NCBI GenBank assembly: GCA_964480775.1
Contig: CAYZRF010000002.1
Location: 60,001 to 92,000 of the forward strand
DNA length: 32,000 nucleotides
Reading direction: 5' to 3'
From: an uncultured Nitrososphaerota archaeon
Lineage (GTDB): Archaea > Korarchaeota > Korarchaeia > Korarchaeales > Korarchaeaceae
In this document: positions 16,305 through 23,560 of the stretch, piece by piece
How positions within the stretch are numbered: position 1 is the stretch's first letter
How the letters are laid out: every line of letters begins with the position of its first letter
Position numbers and translations under genes: made by a program
The notes under the pieces: generated by a model
Seen by the model: the letters and a program-made list of their open reading frames with translations, nothing else
Database searches by the model: none
What the model was told of the DNA's origin: nothing

Positions 16305-17066
16305 TTGAGTCCAAATCAAGAAGATGAGGCTATAGCCGGTTTTCAAAGGCGATTAATTAAGGAGGCTGTTGCTAAGAAAATAGCTGGAGATCTCCTTTTT
16401 TCACCCAACATTGGCCTGTCCATGAGGAAGTGGAGGGAGTATTTTGGGATTAAACAAAGCGACCTAGCTAGATTGTTAGGCGTTTCTGCAAGCGTAGTAT
16501 CAGACTATGAATCTGGGAGAAGGAGAAGCCCAGGATCATTGGTGATCAAGAGATTTATAATTTCTCTAATAGAAGAAGATGAAAAGAGAGGAGGAAAAGT
16601 CTTCAAAACTCTGGCTAAAATGGCGGGAATTCAACCTTTCTTGAATTCTGTTGTGGATATGAGAGAATTTCCAATTCCTGTTGATATAGAGCCGTTCGTC
16701 GAATTAATAGAAGGTACTTGGCTTTACAAACCGCCTAGGGAATTTAGCATTAATGGATACACCATAATCGATAGTTATGCCGCAATCAAAAATCTTAGTG
16801 GTAGTTCAGAGTTTATACTTCTCTTTGGTTCTTCAACAGAAAGAGCATTAATCTTTACAAAGGTATCAGAAGGAAAGAGCCCGTTAGTGGCTTTAAAAGT
16901 GTTTGACTTAAAACCCAACTTGGTAGTATTGCATGGGCTCGGACCCGATGAGGTTCACGATTTAGCCATTAAACTGGCGGAAATCATGGGAATACCTCTG
17001 GTAGTATCGGGCATTCCCGATATAACTGCCCTAGCTCAGAAACTTAGGGAATTCTCACCTCTCTAA
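16305..17066 (+). CDS. XRE-family helix-turn-helix regulator with an uncharacterized C-terminal domain of about 150 aa
   Basis: LSMRKWREYFGIKQSDLARLLGVSASVVSDYESGRRRSP is a classic HTH_3 motif. TTG start with SD GAGGTG 7 nt upstream. Confidence 0.8.
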   Translation: MSPNQEDEAIAGFQRRLIKEAVAKKIAGDLLFSPNIGLSMRKWREYFGIKQSDLARLLGVSASVVSDYESGRRRSPGSLVIKRFIISLIEEDEKRGGKVFKTLAKMAGIQPFLNSVVDMREFPIPVDIEPFVELIEGTWLYKPPREFSINGYTIIDSYAAIKNLSGSSEFILLFGSSTERALIFTKVSEGKSPLVALKVFDLKPNLVVLHGLGPDEVHDLAIKLAEIMGIPLVVSGIPDITALAQKLREFSPL

Positions 17067-17242
17067 ATTCGACAAAAGTCGAGTATATTTTAACCATAAA
17101 TGAAAAATTTAAATAGGATGGGACTCTGGAAGTAGAAATAATCTATCGGGCTTCTATTCCCTCGATTGTACTGATTTTTCGGACTACCGATGTCCACTGA
17201 TGTTTTGTAATAATAGTAGATAAGAGAATCAAAGGTGTTAGA

Positions 17243-17602
17243 ATGAAATTAAACGAAATGGAAAAGTGTAGAATGCTGGAAATAAGCAACAGAGCACTAG
17301 CTAATGGTACAAAAGGAAGGAGTGAAACATTTGTTAAAATATGTTATGAATTATCAGGAAATGAGATCTCTATTGTAGACACCTGCACTACAAAAAGTGA
17401 TGATTTATCTGTTTTGACAGAATGTGCTTCGGTTGATAAGATAGCTTCTAGAATAGTGTTTGCTACTTTGTTGTATTGGTATGGGGCAATAAGCTATTTA
17501 TCCAGCCACTTAACTGGCTGTCATTTCGATTTTGTTGATGTTAATGGGAGTGTTTTTAAATTAGATCCTCAAGCGGCAGGGGCGATTAATTATGAGACCT
17601 AA
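17243..17602 (+). CDS. Hypothetical Cys-containing protein, possibly co-transcribed with the mevalonate genes
   Basis: 119-aa ORF. SD-like AAGGTG lies 6 nt upstream of the ATG. Its stop overlaps the HMG-CoA synthase start by 11 nt. No recognisable motif. The second half is T-rich, unlike neighbouring genes. Confidence 0.35.
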   Translation: MKLNEMEKCRMLEISNRALANGTKGRSETFVKICYELSGNEISIVDTCTTKSDDLSVLTECASVDKIASRIVFATLLYWYGAISYLSSHLTGCHFDFVDVNGSVFKLDPQAAGAINYET

Positions 17603-18677
17603 TAGGTCCGTTGGGATAGTTGGATGGGGAGCTTATGTTCCTAAATATAGGGTAACATCAAAAGAGCTTGCTAGAGCTTGGGGAAAGGATTGGAAGAAAT
17701 ATGCCGCTAGTATACTAGTTGAGGAGAAAAGTGTTCCAGGAATCGACGAAGATACGTTCACAATAGCCTATGAGGCCGCCAAAAACGCCATTAGAAGATC
17801 AAGGGTATCTCCTAATGAAATCAAGGCTGTCTTTGTAGGTACGGAATCCAAACCATATGCTGTAAAGCCAACTGCGACAATGCTTGCAGAGGCGCTCATG
17901 ATAGGAGGAGAAGATAGACTTACTCTTGGTGCAGACTTTGAGTTTGCTTGTAAGGCTGGATCGGAGGCCATGCAGGCTGTTATTGGCCTGGTCGGCTCTA
18001 GAATGATAGATTATGGACTTGCTGTAGGAGCTGACACAGCACAAGGTGCTCCTGGCGATGCACTTGAATACACAGCATCTGCAGGGGGCGCGGCCTTTGT
18101 AATCGGTACAGAAGACAAATCTATTGCTAGAATCGTTGGTACTTGCTCCTATGTAACAGATACTCCAGACTTCTGGAGAAGACAGTTAGCCAAGTACCCT
18201 TCACATACCGCTGGCTTTACAGGGAAGCCAGCCTACTTTACTCACATAATAAATGCATCGAAAAAACTCATGGAAGAAATGGGTACAAATCCGAAGGATT
18301 ATGACTATGCAGTGTTCCATCAGCCCAATGGAAAGTTTCCACTCAAGGTAGCTAAGATGCTAGGATTCACCGAAGAACAAGTTAGACCTGGGCTAATTAC
18401 TCCCTTCATAGGAAATACTTATAGTGCTTCTTCCATGATAGGGCTTGCCGCCGTTTTGGACATAGCTAAGCCTGGAGAGACCATCCTAGTCACTTCCTTT
18501 GGTTCAGGCGCAGGAAGCGATTCCTTCCATATTGAAGTCTCCGATAGAATAGAAGAAGTTAGAAATTGCGTACCGAGAGTATTGGATTTCATTGAAAAGA
18601 AAGTCTACGTTGATTATGCGATCTATTCAAGAAATAGAAGGATGATAGTGATGCCTCCAGGCCTAGGGGACTACTGA
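17592..18677 (+). CDS. Hydroxymethylglutaryl-CoA synthase (archaeal type)
   Basis: VGIVGWGAYVPKYRV N-terminus. Catalytic Glu (GTESKPY), Cys (EFACKAGSEAM) and His (AVFHQPNGKF) are all present. Confidence 0.92.
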   Translation: MRPNRSVGIVGWGAYVPKYRVTSKELARAWGKDWKKYAASILVEEKSVPGIDEDTFTIAYEAAKNAIRRSRVSPNEIKAVFVGTESKPYAVKPTATMLAEALMIGGEDRLTLGADFEFACKAGSEAMQAVIGLVGSRMIDYGLAVGADTAQGAPGDALEYTASAGGAAFVIGTEDKSIARIVGTCSYVTDTPDFWRRQLAKYPSHTAGFTGKPAYFTHIINASKKLMEEMGTNPKDYDYAVFHQPNGKFPLKVAKMLGFTEEQVRPGLITPFIGNTYSASSMIGLAAVLDIAKPGETILVTSFGSGAGSDSFHIEVSDRIEEVRNCVPRVLDFIEKKVYVDYAIYSRNRRMIVMPPGLGDY

Positions 18678-18678
18678 G

Positions 18679-19845
18679 GTGGGTATATTGCAAAGACCAA
18701 TAATCGCTGGTGTCGGCTTTACGAATATAACTGCACATTGGAAGTTGGGTTTAAAGGACCTAGCATCAGAAGCGGCTTTAAAAGCACTTGATGATGCTGG
18801 AAACCCCGAAATAAACGCTATTGTAGTAGGAAACATGCTATCTGGAATCGTAAACGGTCAGCAGAACCTTGGTAGTTTAGTGGCAGAGAGCATAGGGCTA
18901 AGTGGAGTGCCAAGCGTTAAGGTTGAGGCAGCACATGCCTCTGGTGCTGCGGCGGTTATGTGGGCAAGTTTAGCCGTTTTATCTGGTCTTTTTGACTCGG
19001 TTCTTGTGGTAGGGGTAGAGAAAATGACTGATGTAACTGACAGCGAAGATGTTAATTCAGCATTGGCAACTTCTACAGATTACGACTACGAGGTTTTCTT
19101 TGGAGCAACTTTTTCAGCCTTAAATGCGATGATTATGCGTAACTATGCGAAAACACATAATTTGTCTCCAGAAGACTTCGGATACTTACCTATTTTAATG
19201 CATAAGAATGCCAGGGATATTTCTCATGCTCAACTAAGGTTTCCAATAAATATGGATGGATATCTTAGCTCCCCAGTCCTGTCGGATCCTTTAAAATTGT
19301 TTGACTGTGCTCCCGTAGGAGATGGAGCAGCAGCTTTAGTAATAAAGAAGCGTGCCGAGGTCAAAGACTCAAATAAACTTGTTGAAATAATTGGTTTCAG
19401 TTCGGCAACAGATACTGTTGCTATATATAGAAGAGAGGAACTTTCTCGCCTAAGGGCCGCAGAACTTGCAACAAGAAAAGCTTTATCCATGGCAGGAATT
19501 GAATCAAAGCATTTTGACATAGTTCAGATACACGACGATCCTAGTGTAATGGGGTATCTAACTCTTGAGGCCCTAGGAATCGTAGAAAGGGGCAAAGCTC
19601 ACAAATTCATAGCTTCAGGGGATGCTGATAGGTCAGGTGCCCTTCCAGTAAATCCAGAAGGAGGTTTAAAGGCAAGAGGCCACCCCGTAGGTGCTACCGG
19701 CGTTTATCAAATTGCAGAACTAGCTTTACAGCTATCAAATAGAGCTGGACCTTCCCAAATTAGTGATCCAGAAGTGGGCGTGGCAATAAATGTGGGCGGG
19801 ACGGGATCTAACGTCTTTGTTCATATTTTAAGGAGGATTGAGTAG
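18679..19845 (+). CDS. Thiolase-family protein (acetyl-CoA acetyltransferase homolog) with His at the nucleophile position
   Basis: Thiolase fold motifs VEAAHASGAAAV...VLVVGVEKMTD, LFDCAPVGDGAAALVI and GGLKARGHPVGATGV. The start could instead be the TTG at 18688 (SD GAGGTG 6 nt upstream). Confidence 0.88.
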   Translation: MGILQRPIIAGVGFTNITAHWKLGLKDLASEAALKALDDAGNPEINAIVVGNMLSGIVNGQQNLGSLVAESIGLSGVPSVKVEAAHASGAAAVMWASLAVLSGLFDSVLVVGVEKMTDVTDSEDVNSALATSTDYDYEVFFGATFSALNAMIMRNYAKTHNLSPEDFGYLPILMHKNARDISHAQLRFPINMDGYLSSPVLSDPLKLFDCAPVGDGAAALVIKKRAEVKDSNKLVEIIGFSSATDTVAIYRREELSRLRAAELATRKALSMAGIESKHFDIVQIHDDPSVMGYLTLEALGIVERGKAHKFIASGDADRSGALPVNPEGGLKARGHPVGATGVYQIAELALQLSNRAGPSQISDPEVGVAINVGGTGSNVFVHILRRIE

Positions 19846-19846
19846 G

Positions 19847-20254
19847 ATGTGGGCATATAGATTGAATATTCCTAGTCACTGGAGGCTTCTTCCCGAGAGA
19901 TATAGGCTTGTTGGCGGTTATTGTGAAAACTGTGGGTACAAAATGTTTCCAAGACAGAAAATATGCCCTAAATGTGGATCAGATAATATAAAGGCTATTG
20001 AGCTACCAAGAAAAGGCAAAGTTGTCACATATACAATAGTTCAAGCACCACCTCGAGGTTTTGAGTACTATACTCCCTATGTCTTAGCTATAATTGAACT
20101 TGAGGATGGAACAAAGGTCTTTGGTCAGCTAACAGACATAGATCCTTCTGAGATCCGAGAAGGTCTTGAAGTTGAAATGACTATTAGAAAAATAAGAGTT
20201 AGCGGAGAATCTGGAGCCATTGCTTACGCATATAAGTTCCGCCCTCTAGAATGA
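19847..20254 (+). CDS. DUF35 Zn-ribbon/OB-fold protein (partner of thiolase and HMG-CoA synthase)
   Basis: CENCGYKMFPRQKICPKCGS ribbon followed by an OB-fold. I prefer the ATG at 19847 (SD GGAGGA upstream) over the TTG at 19838 given in the track. Confidence 0.88.
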   Translation: MWAYRLNIPSHWRLLPERYRLVGGYCENCGYKMFPRQKICPKCGSDNIKAIELPRKGKVVTYTIVQAPPRGFEYYTPYVLAIIELEDGTKVFGQLTDIDPSEIREGLEVEMTIRKIRVSGESGAIAYAYKFRPLE

Positions 20255-20277
20255 GAAAACAAGACCTCCTTCCAAAC

Positions 20278-20287
20278 TTTTTTCTTT
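20278..20287 (+). terminator. Oligo-T tract (TTTTTTCTTT) after the mevalonate operon; could also act as a TATA-like element for gatD
   Basis: It lies 24 nt downstream of the DUF35 stop and about 27 nt upstream of the gatD ATG. The two roles cannot be separated from sequence alone. Confidence 0.4.
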
Positions 20288-20310
20288 ACAAGTAGTAATG
20301 CGGTAATGAT

Positions 20311-21666
20311 ATGCCATTATCTTACAAAGGTCATGCAAAGGAGCTTCTTCGATCTAAAGGTATCGAAGATTATGACTTAATTCATGTCATTCGTAAAGAT
20401 GGTGTTGAATTAGACGGTATACTAATACCTCGAGCCAAGCTAGAAGACGACAAACATATCGTATTAAAACTCAAGAACGGATATAATGTCGGAATCTCTG
20501 TAGAATCCATCTCAAAAATAGAGCTACTAGGTAAAAGGAGAGATATGATAGAAGGAGAGAGAAAAATTTCCATTAAGCTACCTGCAAAGCAACTACCCAG
20601 AGTACCCCTTATAGTTACTGGAGGAACCATAACATCAAAGGTCGACTATGCGACTGGAGCCGTTAAACCTTATGAAAGACCCGAAGAACTATTAGATTTG
20701 ATTCCAGAGATATCAGAAATAGCAAATCTTTCATATATTCCTCTTATGTCAATTTTTAGTGAGAATATGACCGCTCAACAATGGATAAAAATCGCAAAAG
20801 AAGTCGAAAAGGAAATAAACTCAGGATCAGAGGGAGTTATCATCGCTCACGGAACTGACACAATGCATTTTACCGCGGCAGCATTATCTTTCTTACTAGA
20901 GGGGCTATTCAAACCAGTCATCCTTGTAGGTGCTCAACGCTCGATAGATAGACCATCTACCGATGCAGTCCTAAACTTATTTTCAGCAGTTAAAATGGTC
21001 GTAGACGGTCCCATAGCTGAATCAATGATAGTAATGCATGGAAGCCCTTCCGATGATTATGCTTATGCGATAAGAGGAGTTAGGGCAAGAAAGATGCACA
21101 CTTCAAGAAGAGATGCATTCTTGAGCATTAACGAGCCACCCCTAGCGAAAATAACCCGAAAAAGTATTGAGATAATAAACAAGAGTTACAATAAGAAGCG
21201 CATGAATGGAGAAGTAAAAGCGACAGAAAAAATGCAAGATAGAGTCGCTTTAATATATTCTTGGCCAGGAATCTCCCCCGATTTCCTGGATTTTATTGTA
21301 GAAAAAAGATATGTTGGTCTGATTTTGGCTGGCACCGGACTTGGACATGTTCCAACAGCTCTTATTCCTAAGATAAGAGAGCTAACTAGAGATGGAATTC
21401 CCATCGTAATGACATCGCAGTGCCTTTTTGGGAGGACAAATTTGAATGTTTATGAAACCGGGCGTCTTTTACTTGATGCTGGAGTTATACCTGTAGGAGA
21501 TATGTTGCCCGAAGTAGCTCTAGTCAAACTGATGTATGTGATGGGCAAGACAAGTGACATGGAAGAGATAAGGAAGATGATGGGAGAAAACCTAAGAGGA
21601 GAAATTAGCAAGTTCTTGAGCATAACTGCTTTTCCACCAGGAGATGTTTCCAATGTTCGATTATAA
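20311..21666 (+). CDS. gatD: Glu-tRNA(Gln) amidotransferase subunit D
   Basis: Asparaginase-type motifs VTGGTITSKVDY and IAHGTDTM. Archaeal GatD N-terminal domain. Overlaps gatE. Confidence 0.93.
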   Translation: MPLSYKGHAKELLRSKGIEDYDLIHVIRKDGVELDGILIPRAKLEDDKHIVLKLKNGYNVGISVESISKIELLGKRRDMIEGERKISIKLPAKQLPRVPLIVTGGTITSKVDYATGAVKPYERPEELLDLIPEISEIANLSYIPLMSIFSENMTAQQWIKIAKEVEKEINSGSEGVIIAHGTDTMHFTAAALSFLLEGLFKPVILVGAQRSIDRPSTDAVLNLFSAVKMVVDGPIAESMIVMHGSPSDDYAYAIRGVRARKMHTSRRDAFLSINEPPLAKITRKSIEIINKSYNKKRMNGEVKATEKMQDRVALIYSWPGISPDFLDFIVEKRYVGLILAGTGLGHVPTALIPKIRELTRDGIPIVMTSQCLFGRTNLNVYETGRLLLDAGVIPVGDMLPEVALVKLMYVMGKTSDMEEIRKMMGENLRGEISKFLSITAFPPGDVSNVRL

Positions 21667-23560
21667 GGCCCTTGGTTTAAAGGTAGGAATAGAGATACAT
21701 CAGAGACTAAACACTCACAAACTATTTTGTAACTGTCCATCTCTTCTAAGAGAGGAAGAACCACCTCTCTGGTTCAAACGTAGGCTTCGTGTTTCAAGGA
21801 GCGAGCTAGGGCTAATAGACCCTGCTGCTAAATTTGAGCAGTTAAGAGATAGGGAGTTCTTGTACGGAGTGTATCCAGATACTGTATGCGAAGTAGAGTT
21901 AGACGAGTGTCCTCCTCTTCCACTTAATGAGGAAGCTTTAGCTATCTCTATAGAAGTAGCCCTCATGTTAAGAATGAGTGTAATTGATGAGATTCACGTA
22001 ATGAGGAAGATTGTAATAGATGGAAGCAATACAACCGGTTTCCAGAGAACAGCACTCGTTGCCGTAGGTAATGAGAATAGCTACATTGAGACACCTCATG
22101 GCCCCGTAAGAATAAAGACGCTTTGTTTGGAGGAGGAATCGGCCTTTATAGTTGAGTCTACACCGCTTACAGCCAAGTACAAGCTGGATAGACTTGGGAT
22201 ACCTCTGGTAGAAATAGCCACAGAACCAGACATTTGGCACCCAGAACAAGCTAAAGAAGCTGCTTTAAAGCTTGGAAGGCTACTCAGAGCTACTGGAAAA
22301 GTAATGAGAGGTATAGGAACGATAAGGCAAGATCTTAACATTAGCATTTCCAAAGGAGCAAGGCAAGAAGTGAAAGGGGTGCAAGAACTCAATGCTATAC
22401 CAGAGATCATAAATCGCGAGATCCAAAGACAAGTTTCATTACTAGAAATTATGGAAGAGCTAAAAGCAAGAGGACTAAATGATGAAGCCTTTAACAAGAG
22501 GATAGTAGAAGTGACAGACTTGCTTCAGGAGGTTTCTACGGGCTTCATTAGAAGGGCTTTAAAGAAAGGTGAAAGGGCTTATGGGGTTCTACTTCCTTCT
22601 ATGAAGGGGATCCTAGCGAAGGAAATTCAGCCAGGCAGAAGATTTGGAACTGAGTTGTCAGATTACGCAAAGGTCTTTGGAGGCGTTGGAGGGATTATTC
22701 ACTCAGATGAAGCCCTTTCTTATGGTTTTAGAGAAGAACTTATTGAAAAGATCTTGAAAAAGCTAGGAGGCGAACCAGAGGACGCATTTGTGCTTGTTTT
22801 GTCATCTGAAGAAGTAGCTGAGATTGCACTTAACGCAGTTTTAGAGAGAGCAAGGCTTGCATTGAGAGAAGTACCGGCAGAAACTAGAAAACCGTTACTA
22901 GACAGAAACACATCTTTTTCGAGGCCCCTCCCAGGTTCAGAGAGGATGTATCCAGAGACAGATATTCCTCCCATAAATTCAAAAGAAATTGTGGAAAAAG
23001 TCTCTCAAAGTCTACCAGAATACCCTGAGGACATTATATTTCGTCTCACAGATACTTACGGAATAAGTCAAGAGCTTGCCGAGTCGCTTTTTGACAACTG
23101 GAGATTTAAGCTATTTGAGGAGATCGCTAGCAATTATCCTAAGATATCTCCGAGCTTTATAGCGACCACACTTACCTCAACCATTACGGCCCTAAAAAGA
23201 GAGGGAGTTCCTATAGAGAAGCTAGAAGATCGGACGTTTAAGGAATTATTTGTATATCTAAATGAGGGCAAATTAGCAAAGGAAGCAATTCCAGAGATTT
23301 TAACCGAATTAGCCATGAATAAAGCCTCTTCATTGGAAGAAATAATCTCAGAAAAGCATATGACTTTAGAACAATTGGATGACATTATAGATACTAAAAT
23401 AACTGAACTCAAAAGGGAAATCTCTGAGAGAGGCGAAAGAGCATATGGAATGTTGATGGGTAGGGTCATGGCAGAGGTAAGGGGAAAGATAGATGGAGCT
23501 ATAGTAAGTGAGAGAGTGAAGAAAAAACTCAGCGAATTCCTTCAGAGAAATCAAAAGTAA
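21644..23560 (+). CDS. gatE: Glu-tRNA(Gln) amidotransferase subunit E
   Basis: DYKALGLKVGIEIHQRLNTHKLFCNC and the rest of the GatE/GatB core. The start may be the ATG at 21653. Confidence 0.93.
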   Translation: MFPMFDYKALGLKVGIEIHQRLNTHKLFCNCPSLLREEEPPLWFKRRLRVSRSELGLIDPAAKFEQLRDREFLYGVYPDTVCEVELDECPPLPLNEEALAISIEVALMLRMSVIDEIHVMRKIVIDGSNTTGFQRTALVAVGNENSYIETPHGPVRIKTLCLEEESAFIVESTPLTAKYKLDRLGIPLVEIATEPDIWHPEQAKEAALKLGRLLRATGKVMRGIGTIRQDLNISISKGARQEVKGVQELNAIPEIINREIQRQVSLLEIMEELKARGLNDEAFNKRIVEVTDLLQEVSTGFIRRALKKGERAYGVLLPSMKGILAKEIQPGRRFGTELSDYAKVFGGVGGIIHSDEALSYGFREELIEKILKKLGGEPEDAFVLVLSSEEVAEIALNAVLERARLALREVPAETRKPLLDRNTSFSRPLPGSERMYPETDIPPINSKEIVEKVSQSLPEYPEDIIFRLTDTYGISQELAESLFDNWRFKLFEEIASNYPKISPSFIATTLTSTITALKREGVPIEKLEDRTFKELFVYLNEGKLAKEAIPEILTELAMNKASSLEEIISEKHMTLEQLDDIIDTKITELKREISERGERAYGMLMGRVMAEVRGKIDGAIVSERVKKKLSEFLQRNQK

